Source: Bacteroidales bacterium
Lineage (GTDB): Bacteria > Bacteroidota > Bacteroidia > Bacteroidales > PWNQ01
Direction of reading: 5' to 3'
Assembly: GCA_021740245.1 (NCBI GenBank)
Contig: JAIPAE010000002.1
Coordinates: 1-57,548 of the forward strand
Length of the DNA stretch: 57,548 nt
Positions 1 to 9,342 of this stretch are shown piece by piece (the first letter of the stretch is position 1; the number at the start of each line of letters is the position of its first letter). Under the pieces are notes generated by a model. It was given only the letters and a program-made list of their open reading frames with translations. It was not told where the DNA came from and did no database searches. The position numbers and the translations under genes were made by a program.

Positions 1-1463
1 TATAATAGCTCAAATTGACTATTATTCGGATCATATATATTCCATGTAGTATCGATGGCAGCATCAGGATTGGGATTAATATCAATTTTAATATTCTGAA
101 GTTCTTTCACGCAGCCATATTTTGTAGTAGCTTTCAGAGATACATCGTAAGTTCCGGGGGAGTTGTAATAATGAGTAGGACTTTCGACCGTACTGGAATT
201 TCCATCTCCGAATTTCCATTCCCAGGAAGAGTTGGCAGGTGTTGTTTGGTTGACAAAAGAGACAGAATCGCCCATGCATGTTTCTGTTGGAGAAGGGAAG
301 AAGCTGACACTTGGATAGGGGTGTACATTGACAGTTTTAACAGTAGTTGCAGACTTACATCCATTTTCCTGAACGGAAAGGGAAATAGTTTTTGCGCCTG
401 TTGAACCAAATGTACGTGTATGAGGTCCTTGGCCGGAACCGGAAGTTCCGTCAAAGTCCCAGCTATACGTTGCCGCGGAAGTCCCTGAGCCTGTATAGGT
501 GAAGGTTGTGGAATCATTACCGCAAAGACTGGTATCGGAAATGTCAAAATCTGAAGTTGGAATAGGGTTGACAGTAACACAGACGGAATCAGTAGCACTG
601 TTAATTGTATCTGAAACTGTTACTGTAAAACAGGTATCATAAGAATTGTTTCCCTGTAGTGGGAGTGTAACTGAAGGAGGGTTAAGGACAGTAGGCCCGT
701 GGTTCCAGATCACATTCAGATTTCCTGTCGGGCATTTGATCTCTACTTCGTCGATACCCCAGGCGTCATATCCTGTACTACTGGTTGATAATTGAGCCCA
801 ACGGAATTTGGTTGCTGCGGATGTTGCTGCTACAGGAATATCACAAGAATATTCATGCCAGTAATATAATGTTTGGGTAGGTGGTGAGGGAGGGACGCCA
901 TCGGGTTCCCAGTAACCACCGGTGCCGGGTGTCGTAGTATTAAATGGTGGAGTTGTACTATTCGTACCTATTGGGTCCTGGTCCGGACCGGGAAAATCAG
1001 TCCATGTTGCACCTCCGTTCGTAGACCATTGCAAATGAACACCTTCATCATAATAATCAGGGTCCTCACAATTACCAGGGCCGGATACTTCGCCATAGCG
1101 CATCCACCATTCGATGTCACAGCCGCCAATGGAAACATCGTAATCTACTGTGATAAGTGTTCTGCTTTGTGAAGCTGTTGTTCCAACCCATAAGTGAGCA
1201 CCATTGGGGCCGGGACCACATGGATTGTTAAAAACAGGGTTAGCGGCTGCTGATGACCATCCGGTTCCGATAGTTCCGTTATTAAAATCATTGTTCATCA
1301 AAAAACCACAACCCCCTGAGGCAGATAGCGTAACGGCATCTCCTGCACATACAACTTGTGGATAGGCATTAGCTGTTACTTCACATTGTGCATTTGCTTT
1401 TTGAGTGAATAAAGCTGAAAATGCAATGATCAAAGAAACGACAGGTAAAAGATTTTTTTTCAT
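1..1463 (-). CDS. Secreted multidomain surface protein, N-terminal part (signal peptide, MAM/lectin-like region, at least two PKD-like domains); the 3' end lies outside the window
   Basis: Absent from the ORF track because it runs off the window edge. My translation of the minus strand from ATG 1463-1461 stays open to position 1. It reads MKKNLLPVVSLIIAFSALFTQKANAQ (signal peptide) ... WGIDEVEIKC ... SWDFDG..GPHTRTFGSTGAKTISLSV ... WEWKFGDGNSSTVESPTHYYNSPGTYDVSLKATTKYGC (PKD signature). Confidence 0.75.
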   Translation of the reverse strand, partial: MKKNLLPVVSLIIAFSALFTQKANAQCEVTANAYPQVVCAGDAVTLSASGGCGFLMNNDFNNGTIGTGWSSAAANPVFNNPCGPGPNGAHLWVGTTASQSRTLITVDYDVSIGGCDIEWWMRYGEVSGPGNCEDPDYYDEGVHLQWSTNGGATWTDFPGPDQDPIGTNSTTPPFNTTTPGTGGYWEPDGVPPSPPTQTLYYWHEYSCDIPVAATSAATKFRWAQLSTSSTGYDAWGIDEVEIKCPTGNLNVIWNHGPTVLNPPSVTLPLQGNNSYDTCFTVTVSDTINSATDSVCVTVNPIPTSDFDISDTSLCGNDSTTFTYTGSGTSAATYSWDFDGTSGSGQGPHTRTFGSTGAKTISLSVQENGCKSATTVKTVNVHPYPSVSFFPSPTETCMGDSVSFVNQTTPANSSWEWKFGDGNSSTVESPTHYYNSPGTYDVSLKATTKYGCVKELQNIKIDINPNPDAAIDTTWNIYDPNNSQFELL

Positions 1464-1615
1464 AAAATGTTTGTTTGATTCAGGTTTTGCTTTACCTGAT
1501 GATAAAAATTTGTCAAATATAAAAAAATAAAATATACATATCCTGTACTTAATTTTTCAATTATTAATTAAGAATCATATCAGGCTTTCTGAGTAATTTT
1601 TAACTGGCAATTTTT

Positions 1616-2062
1616 TTATTTAGGGTCAGTCTGTATATTTTTCAGCTCAAACTTTGTAAGGCTTGAAGTATTCTTTTTATCCAGGAAACCTTTAAAAATA
1701 CGTAAAGTTCTTCCTTCTTCTATATTACATGTACCAGAAACACTTTCACCGCCTTTGACCTGTTGTGAAAATTGATACTCGGGATTATTCTGGTCATTAC
1801 AAGTGACACATTTCCCGTCGTACCATGCTTCTAATGTCCAGCTCATTTCCATATCCCGGGATGTGGTATTGACAAACTTCAACAGTATGATCTCCTGGTG
1901 TAAACCGTTTGTTACATCATGACATTCTGTTGATTTTTGGAATATCTGAATACCATTTACTTCTTTATAAAGGGTCCAGTCTGCCTGTTGAGCTTTTGCT
2001 GAAGTTGTTAACAGCGCTAAGAAAATACTGATGATAAAAACAAATGATGCAAAATTTTTCAT
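1616..2062 (-). CDS. Small secreted hypothetical protein
   Basis: 148-aa ORF with a clear signal peptide (MKNFASFVFIISIFLALLTTSAKAQ). No recognisable motif. Confidence 0.55.
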   Translation of the reverse strand: MKNFASFVFIISIFLALLTTSAKAQQADWTLYKEVNGIQIFQKSTECHDVTNGLHQEIILLKFVNTTSRDMEMSWTLEAWYDGKCVTCNDQNNPEYQFSQQVKGGESVSGTCNIEEGRTLRIFKGFLDKKNTSSLTKFELKNIQTDPK

Positions 2063-2247
2063 GGCTTTTTTTTTTAGTTCTTCTATATTTCAAGACTCTT
2101 TATTATGGTAAAAGTTTAATCCTAACGGAAAAAACTTCAAAATGCAATAATATTAAAATTTGTTATATAAAAATCATGGAAAGATTTTTTCTTTTTTGAA
2201 TGTTTAAATAAGAGTTATCTTTTACTTTTGTGCTAAAGAAATTCGGT

Positions 2248-4263
2248 ATGCAATTTTTACATCCTAATATATTATATGGACTCCTGGCCGTTATTATTCC
2301 TATATTAATTCATTTTCTGAATTTTCAGAAGTATAAAAATATATATTTTACTCAAACTGAGTTAATCACAGATTTGAGGCAGGAAACCAGACGTCAATCG
2401 ACACTAAGGCATTGGATTATATTGTTTTTACGTATGTTGGTTATTGCAATGCTGGTCTTAGCTTTTGCGGGACCGTTTTTGCCAAAAGAAGAAAAAACAG
2501 TCTCTGGTCAGAAATTTATAAGTGTATATGTTGATAACTCTTTCAGCATGCAGGCTGAGAAAGGTGAAGGAAATTTACTGAATGAAGCAAGAAACAAGGC
2601 TGTGGCACTTGCAGAAGCTTTTGAACCTTCAACCAAATATCAGCTTTTAACCAATGAAATGAAAGGAAAACAACAACGATGGATGACTCAGGAACAACTT
2701 ATGACAGAAATTGAAGAGATCAATTTTACACCACAATTCAGAACGTTATCAGAAATTATAAAACGTCAACATCAGCTTTTTGCCACTTCCGATGTTCGTT
2801 CAGGGCAAATATATTTGATATCAGATTTTCAGGAAGTTAGTAATGATTTAGAAGATGACTTGTTCGATTCAACTTTGCAGTATTACTATATGCCTGTTGA
2901 AGCTTATCAGACTTCAAATGCATGGATTGATAGCATTTGGTTTGCAAGTCCTGCTATCCTGGCTAACCAAACAGCTGAACTTAATGTCCGGTTGAAGAAA
3001 ACAGGCGAAATGAAATCTGTTCCTTTGAAACTTTTTGTTAATGAAAAACAACGGTTTGCCTTAAATGTAGAATTTGATGGACAAATTGAAAAAACAGTTA
3101 CTGTAAATATTAACATTCGTAAAACCGGACTTCATGCTTGTCGTATTGAATTATCTGATAATAGTATTGCTTTTGATAATGTTTTTTATTTTACATTTAA
3201 CATACCAGAATCCCTGAATGTGTTGGTTATTCATGATAAAGAAAAACAAAACAGGTATTTGAAAGCTTTCTTCCAAAATGATACTTTGGTAACTGCTAAA
3301 TTTAATACATTAAAAACAATAGATTATCAGTCTTTCTCAAATTATACGGCTATTATACTTGACGGAATGAAAGACATTCCATCCGGATTATCACTGGCGT
3401 TGAATGATTTTGTCAAAAAAGGAAAAAGTCTGATAATATTTCCTGATCTGCAAACTAACATAACTTCTTATAACAATTTTTTAAGTGAGTTTGATAAAAT
3501 ACAAATTGAGAGAAAACGTGAGAGAAAACGGAGAATACAATCTGTAAACTGGGATAGTGACTTTTTTGAAGGTTTGTTTTTAAGCAAACCCCAAAATCCG
3601 GATTATCCGGTAGTTTTTAAAGATTTAAAACTCAACAGGGATATTACTTCAGACGCTGAGATATTAATTACTCAATCGGATGGAAGCCCCTTTTTAATGC
3701 GAAGCAGAGCAGATAAAGGACTGCTATACATTTTTTCTGTATCATGTTCATCAGAGAGCAGTAATTTTGTTTCCCATGCTTTGTTTTCCACGCTTTACAA
3801 AATGGTATTTGATGGCATCCAAACAGAAAGACTGTACTATATACCTGGGAAAAATGAGTTATATGTTAATGCAAGCATTGATATCCAGTCTGATGAGATG
3901 CCGATTCTTAAAAATCCAACGGATGACAGTGAGATAATTCCACAAATAATCCAACAAAAACGTGGCCTGAGTTTTATTGCAGATAAACAAATAATAAGGA
4001 GTGGTATCAGGCATTTGATAGTTAATAACGAAATAGCAGATATGTTGGCATACAATTATGACGGAAGAGAGTCTGATACTAAAATATCTAATGTAGAGGA
4101 AGATAACCCCGGTTTTGTTAACATACTGGATGATAGCCCGGATAAAATAGCTGCAAAGGTAAAGAAGCAACAAACCGGCAAACAATTATGGCAATGGTTT
4201 TTAATTGCTGCTTTATTATTTTTGTTGATTGAAGTAATTTTGCTTCGTATTTGGAAATTATAA
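2248..4263 (+). CDS. BatA-N-terminal-type double-TM membrane protein with a vWA-like DxSxS motif
   Basis: The ORF track starts at GTG 2230; ATG 2248 gives MQFLHPNILYGLLAVIIPILIHFLN, typical of the aerotolerance-regulator N-terminal domain. It also has VDNSFSM (MIDAS-like) and a C-terminal TM helix. Confidence 0.6.
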   Translation: MQFLHPNILYGLLAVIIPILIHFLNFQKYKNIYFTQTELITDLRQETRRQSTLRHWIILFLRMLVIAMLVLAFAGPFLPKEEKTVSGQKFISVYVDNSFSMQAEKGEGNLLNEARNKAVALAEAFEPSTKYQLLTNEMKGKQQRWMTQEQLMTEIEEINFTPQFRTLSEIIKRQHQLFATSDVRSGQIYLISDFQEVSNDLEDDLFDSTLQYYYMPVEAYQTSNAWIDSIWFASPAILANQTAELNVRLKKTGEMKSVPLKLFVNEKQRFALNVEFDGQIEKTVTVNINIRKTGLHACRIELSDNSIAFDNVFYFTFNIPESLNVLVIHDKEKQNRYLKAFFQNDTLVTAKFNTLKTIDYQSFSNYTAIILDGMKDIPSGLSLALNDFVKKGKSLIIFPDLQTNITSYNNFLSEFDKIQIERKRERKRRIQSVNWDSDFFEGLFLSKPQNPDYPVVFKDLKLNRDITSDAEILITQSDGSPFLMRSRADKGLLYIFSVSCSSESSNFVSHALFSTLYKMVFDGIQTERLYYIPGKNELYVNASIDIQSDEMPILKNPTDDSEIIPQIIQQKRGLSFIADKQIIRSGIRHLIVNNEIADMLAYNYDGRESDTKISNVEEDNPGFVNILDDSPDKIAAKVKKQQTGKQLWQWFLIAALLFLLIEVILLRIWKL

Positions 4264-4267
4264 AAGA

Positions 4268-6907
4268 ATGAGTGATAAAGAACGAGATAACAGGAATCAG
4301 GATAATTTGGAGGCGCATCCTGATGGTGTTGCAAAAAGCACACACCTGGATTCCATGTATGAGAACTGGTTTTTGGATTATGCTTCCTATGTTATTCTGG
4401 AGCGGGCTGTTCCGGATATACGAGATGGTTTAAAACCTGTACACCGCAGGATACTTCATGCTATGAAGGAGATGGATGACGGGCGGTTTAATAAAGTAGC
4501 CAATATCATAGGTCAGACGATGAAATATCATCCACACGGAGATGCTTCTATCGGTGATGCTTTAGTGCAATTGGGGCAGAAAGAATTGCTTGTTGAAACT
4601 CAGGGTAACTGGGGAAATACTTTCACTGGAGATAGTGCTGCGGCTCCCCGGTATATTGAAGCACGATTGTCTAAGTTTGCGCTGGAGGTCGTATTTAATC
4701 CCAAAACCACCGACTGGCAATTGTCGTATGACGGGCGAAATAAAGAACCTGTGTCTTTACCGGTTAAATTTCCGCTTTTGCTTGCCCAGGGCGTGGAAGG
4801 TATTGCTGTTGGACTGGCATCTAAAGTGTTACCGCACAACTTTATAGAACTAATTGATGCATCTGTCGCTTATCTCAAAAATAAACCATTTGAAATATAT
4901 CCCGACTTTGCCGGAGGTGGACTTGCTGACTTTTCCAGGTATAATGATGGTAAACGGGGAGGAAAGGTCAGAGTGAGAGCGAAAATTACCAAACAGGACA
5001 AAAAAACACTACTGATTAGTGATATTCCTTATGGTACAAATACCTCGAACCTCATTGATTCCATTGTGGCTGCCAATGACAAAGGGAAAATCAAAATCAG
5101 GCAAATAGAAGATAACACCTCAGATAAAGTGGAAATCCTGATCCATCTGCCTAATAATGTATCACCTGATCAGACAATAGATGCTTTATATGCTTTTACA
5201 AACTGTGAGGTTTCCATTTCTCCTAATGCATGTGTTATTGAAAACAATAAACCCCGGTTTATCGGAGTGACGGAAATTTTAAAAGATTCAACGGATCAAA
5301 CAATTGCCTTGCTTAAAAAAGAACTTGAAATACAAAAATATGAACTTGAGGAACAATGGCACTTCTCTTCCCTGGAAAAAATCTTTATTGAGCAACGAAT
5401 ATACCGCGATATTGAAGAAGCTGAAACATACGAATCAATCATAGATGTTATTGATAAAGGCTTGCAACCTTTCAAAAAATTTTTAAAACGCGATGTGACA
5501 AGGGATGATATCATACGTCTGATGGAGATCAGGATAAAACGAATTTCCAAATACGATTCGTTTAAAGCGGATGAGATTATCAAATCTATCGAAGATGATA
5601 TAGCTGATGTTGCTTATAAACTGGAACATCTCACGGATTATGCGATTGAATATTTTAAAAGAATAAAAAAGAAATTTGGTAAAGGCAGAGAAAGACGTAC
5701 CGAGATAAGGAATTTTGAAAATATTAATGCAAGCCAGGTTGCTGTGGCTAATGTGAAATTGTATGTAAACCGGGATGAGGGATTTGTGGGTACGTCTATG
5801 CGTAAAGATGAATTTGTTACGGAATGTTCAGATATAGATGATATTATCGTTTTTCGACGAAACGGCACTTATGTGATTACAAGGGTATCTGAAAAGTCTT
5901 TTGTAGGCAAAGATATTATTCATGTTGATGTATTTAAGCGAAATGATGACCGGACAATTTATAATGTGGTATACCTGGACGGGAAGTCCCGCGTTTCTTA
6001 CATCAAGCGATTTGCTGTAACCGGAGTTCAGCGTGATAAAGAATATGATCTCTCAATGGGAACACCCGGTACAAAAGTGCTTTACTTTTCAGCAAATCCA
6101 AATGGAGAGGCAGAAATTGTAAAAGTGAGACTGCGACCGAAACCACGACTAAGAAGACTAACTTTTGAAGCCAGTTTCAGCGAATATCAGATCAAAGGTA
6201 AACAGGCAAGGGGAAACACTCTTTCCAAACATATGGTATCTTCGGTTAAGAAAAAAGAAGATGGTATATCTACCCTGGGGGCAATGAATATTTGGTTTGA
6301 TGAAACAGTGCGTAGACTTAATATTGATGAGAACGGTAAATATCTGGGGGCTTTTAAGGGTAATGACCGATTATTGGGAATCATGGAAAACGGAGAATAT
6401 CTGAATTATGGGTTTGATTTGACAACTCATTTTGATGAAGATATGGTACACCTTGAAAAGTTTAATCCGGATAAGATATGGACAGCTATATATTTTGAAG
6501 GTGAATCCGGGTATTATTATGTAAAACGCTTTGCACTGGCAGAAACAGATAAAAGAATAAGTTTAATAACCGAACATCCGGATTCGAGGCTTGTTTATCT
6601 TTCAGGAAATCAGAATCCCAAAGCAAGGCTTATTTTTGATAAAGAAAAAGGACCTAAAAACCGGGATGATGAATTGATTGAATTAAATGATTTTATTGCA
6701 ATTAAAGGATATAAAGCAAAAGGCAAACGATTAAGCAGCTATGCTGTTGATGACATAAAACTGATCGAACCGGAAGAACCTGAAGCAGAGCAGCAGCAAG
6801 AAGATTTATCCGAAAGTAAAGATGTACAGGCTGAAGACAATGAGAAGCCAGATAGCCAGTTGGATACGAAAGACAATGGTCTTAATCAACGTACGCTTTT
6901 TGATTAG
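4268..6907 (+). CDS. parC: DNA topoisomerase IV subunit A (type IIA topoisomerase A subunit)
   Basis: 879 aa. Motifs: YASYVILERAVPDIRDGLKPVHRRILHAM and the catalytic region AAPRYIEARL. There is no GyrA-box (QRRGGKG) in the C-terminal domain, and the size and N-terminus fit Bacteroidota ParC. Acidic C-terminal tail. Confidence 0.85.
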   Translation: MSDKERDNRNQDNLEAHPDGVAKSTHLDSMYENWFLDYASYVILERAVPDIRDGLKPVHRRILHAMKEMDDGRFNKVANIIGQTMKYHPHGDASIGDALVQLGQKELLVETQGNWGNTFTGDSAAAPRYIEARLSKFALEVVFNPKTTDWQLSYDGRNKEPVSLPVKFPLLLAQGVEGIAVGLASKVLPHNFIELIDASVAYLKNKPFEIYPDFAGGGLADFSRYNDGKRGGKVRVRAKITKQDKKTLLISDIPYGTNTSNLIDSIVAANDKGKIKIRQIEDNTSDKVEILIHLPNNVSPDQTIDALYAFTNCEVSISPNACVIENNKPRFIGVTEILKDSTDQTIALLKKELEIQKYELEEQWHFSSLEKIFIEQRIYRDIEEAETYESIIDVIDKGLQPFKKFLKRDVTRDDIIRLMEIRIKRISKYDSFKADEIIKSIEDDIADVAYKLEHLTDYAIEYFKRIKKKFGKGRERRTEIRNFENINASQVAVANVKLYVNRDEGFVGTSMRKDEFVTECSDIDDIIVFRRNGTYVITRVSEKSFVGKDIIHVDVFKRNDDRTIYNVVYLDGKSRVSYIKRFAVTGVQRDKEYDLSMGTPGTKVLYFSANPNGEAEIVKVRLRPKPRLRRLTFEASFSEYQIKGKQARGNTLSKHMVSSVKKKEDGISTLGAMNIWFDETVRRLNIDENGKYLGAFKGNDRLLGIMENGEYLNYGFDLTTHFDEDMVHLEKFNPDKIWTAIYFEGESGYYYVKRFALAETDKRISLITEHPDSRLVYLSGNQNPKARLIFDKEKGPKNRDDELIELNDFIAIKGYKAKGKRLSSYAVDDIKLIEPEEPEAEQQQEDLSESKDVQAEDNEKPDSQLDTKDNGLNQRTLFD

Positions 6908-6924
6908 AAATAAAATATGATATT

Positions 6925-8139
6925 ATGACAAAAAATGAAAAAATTTTAGATGTAACGCAGGATGTAAGTTGGATTGGTGTTTTGGATAAGGAACTGGTAA
7001 CCTTCGATGTTGTAATGGAAACAGAATATGGTTCAACATATAATTCCTATTTTATTAATGCGGATAAAAAAGCTATAGTTGAAACTACCAAGGAAAAATT
7101 CTGGGATGTTTATGAACGAAAAATCAGACAGGTAGTTAACCCTGAAGAAATTGAATATATTATTTTAAATCATACTGAACCGGATCATTCGGGTAATCTG
7201 AAGAATCTATTGAAAATAGCACCTCAGGCAAAAGTAGTAGCAAGTCCAAACGCTATCAGGTATCTGAAAGACCTGTTTAAAGATGCTGAATTTGACTATA
7301 TGCCAGTGAAAGATGGAGACACGCTGGATTTAGGGAATAAGAACATTCACTTTATTGGTGCCCCAAACCTGCATTGGCCGGATTCAATATATTCTTACCT
7401 GAAAGAGGATAAAGTGCTTTTTACTTGCGATTCTTTTGGTGCTCACTATGCAGATGAAAAAATGTTTGATGACCTGGTTGACGAACAAAAATATAATGAT
7501 GCTTTCAGATATTATTTCAATGTCATATTACGTCCGTTCAGCAAGTTTATGTTAAAAGCCATTAATAAAATTGATGATCTGGATATTGAAGTAATTTGTA
7601 ATGGACACGGTCCGATTTTACGCTCAAACTGGAAAAAATATGTTGAATTATCCAGAATATGGGCGGAAGGATATTTAAAACAACCAGAAAAACAGCGTGT
7701 TTTTATACCATATGTTTCGGCTTATGATAAAACCGGAAAACTGGCAGAAAAAATCGCGGAGGGAATTGAAAACTCAGGAGAGATTGAAGCTGTACCAATG
7801 GATATTGAATTGGTTTCCATCGGTGATCTGGAATCTGAAATTACCCAGGCAACAGGTATTATTGTTGGTTCTCCTACAATTAATCAAAACATATTATTAC
7901 CGATATATAAATTGTTTGGGGTTATGACACCACTTCGGGACAAGAATAAACTAAGCGGAGGATTTGGTTCTTACGGATGGAGTGGAGAAGGAGCAAAGCT
8001 GATTAAAAATGCGCTAACTTCCTTAAAAATGAAATATTTTGAAGAAGGAGTATTTGTTAAGTTTACTCCTGACAGACAGGAGCTTGATAAAAGCTATGAA
8101 TATGGGAAGGCTTTTGCAAAAGAACTATTGACAAACTAA
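6925..8139 (+). CDS. FprA-family flavodiiron protein (metallo-beta-lactamase-like plus flavodoxin-like domains; O2/NO reductase)
   Basis: 404 aa. HTEPDHSG di-iron motif in the N-terminal domain and a flavodoxin-like C-terminal half (IIVGSPTINQ). Confidence 0.85.
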   Translation: MTKNEKILDVTQDVSWIGVLDKELVTFDVVMETEYGSTYNSYFINADKKAIVETTKEKFWDVYERKIRQVVNPEEIEYIILNHTEPDHSGNLKNLLKIAPQAKVVASPNAIRYLKDLFKDAEFDYMPVKDGDTLDLGNKNIHFIGAPNLHWPDSIYSYLKEDKVLFTCDSFGAHYADEKMFDDLVDEQKYNDAFRYYFNVILRPFSKFMLKAINKIDDLDIEVICNGHGPILRSNWKKYVELSRIWAEGYLKQPEKQRVFIPYVSAYDKTGKLAEKIAEGIENSGEIEAVPMDIELVSIGDLESEITQATGIIVGSPTINQNILLPIYKLFGVMTPLRDKNKLSGGFGSYGWSGEGAKLIKNALTSLKMKYFEEGVFVKFTPDRQELDKSYEYGKAFAKELLTN

Positions 8140-8204
8140 ATGTGCATTATATACGTTACATTAATGATTGAAATATATGTTTATAACTAATCGATAATTC
8201 TGTC

Positions 8205-9041
8205 ATGGTAAATAAAATATACATAATCCTTTTGCTTATAGGAATATTTTTATCCGGCTGTGTTCCTGAAAAACGTCTGGCCAGAAATTTTGTGGAAAAT
8301 ACACCGAATACAGGTTTTTTGGTAATGACACCGGATATTATTTTAAAAGAAAGTCTCAAACCTGTTCAGGATACGACTCTTGAAAACCTTTCCCAAAGAC
8401 AAAAGGATTCTGTAAGGTTTATGGAAAGTGAATTCATTCAGTATATACCAGATAGCTTTTTTCTTAACCTTTATTTGCCGGAATTTAAAAAAGAAGTTCG
8501 TAAACTGGGATTAAATGTGTATTTCAATACTCCAAAAGAAACCTTTTTTACGGATACCAATTTAAATGCTTATATTTTTAATATGGCTCAGATTCAACTT
8601 CAGGAATTTTCAGAGCAGTATTTTGCTAAAGAAACTTATAATTCTAATCTATATTTTCAGGAACTTATATTGGATGGACTCCATATAAATACCTGGGTTG
8701 AATTCCAAAAAGTAAATTCCAGTGATCAAAAACCAATGGTTTTGTTTTCTGAATTGACGGCAAGAGATGAGGTTGATGGGCATTTTCACCAAAATCAGTT
8801 TACCGGGGAAGTTCAATACACCTATAAAATCGATAGCCTGGATTTTGATAAAGTCAGGCAAACGATCAAAAATGCCGGTCGGATTCATGCCGGCTATATG
8901 TTCGATTTTCTCATGAATCAATATGTCAAGGCTAATATGAGCCATGATGGTTTAAAAACAAAATATTATTTGCATTATAACAGAACGGAGGATGAACTTG
9001 AATCTGTATATGAGCAAAGGTTTATTATTCAGAAGCAATAA
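8205..9041 (+). CDS. Hypothetical lipoprotein
   Basis: 278-aa ORF with signal peptide and lipobox (LLIGIFLSGC). Confidence 0.55.
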   Translation: MVNKIYIILLLIGIFLSGCVPEKRLARNFVENTPNTGFLVMTPDIILKESLKPVQDTTLENLSQRQKDSVRFMESEFIQYIPDSFFLNLYLPEFKKEVRKLGLNVYFNTPKETFFTDTNLNAYIFNMAQIQLQEFSEQYFAKETYNSNLYFQELILDGLHINTWVEFQKVNSSDQKPMVLFSELTARDEVDGHFHQNQFTGEVQYTYKIDSLDFDKVRQTIKNAGRIHAGYMFDFLMNQYVKANMSHDGLKTKYYLHYNRTEDELESVYEQRFIIQKQ

Positions 9042-9069
9042 TCCTTCAGCCTTTTAATAAAGTGTTTTC

Positions 9070-9225
9070 TTAATCTAACGAACCGGGCTATGATCCGTCA
9101 GTTAGCATAACTCACACGGGTATGAGTTTAAGGAAAATAATAATAGTGTGTGCTGATATTTAGCTTATCATGCAGTTCCCCCGCTGCAAGCGGGGGAACA
9201 TTAAATCACAATTATAAACAGATGA
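9070..9225 (+). repeat. Short (internally deleted) member of the intergenic repeat family, between convergent genes
   Basis: Carries the family head GAACCGGGCTATGA, a second ATGCA-hairpin module and the family tail ATTAAAT..AATTATAAACAGATGA. It lacks the ~120-nt purine-rich core. Confidence 0.55.
9175..9199. terminator. Perfect 10-bp-stem hairpin between convergent genes (probable bidirectional terminator)
   Basis: GTTCCCCCGC-tgcaa-GCGGGGGAAC, lying between the 3' ends of 8205..9041(+) and 9343..11712(-). Confidence 0.5.
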
Positions 9226-9342
9226 TAGTACGGGTTAAAAGCAAAAGGTCTTACTAATAATAGGAAGAACTCTTGCATTTTACAGACATCTAATATATTG
9301 TTCTCATTTTTATTTAATTTTATAATTTTCAGCAGAGACTTA

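Noticed and set aside
15-598. Track ORFs 15..404(+), 88..279(-) and 134..598(-)
   Set aside because: These are alternative frames or strands inside the long PKD-domain gene (1..1463, minus), whose own frame shows clear PKD signatures.
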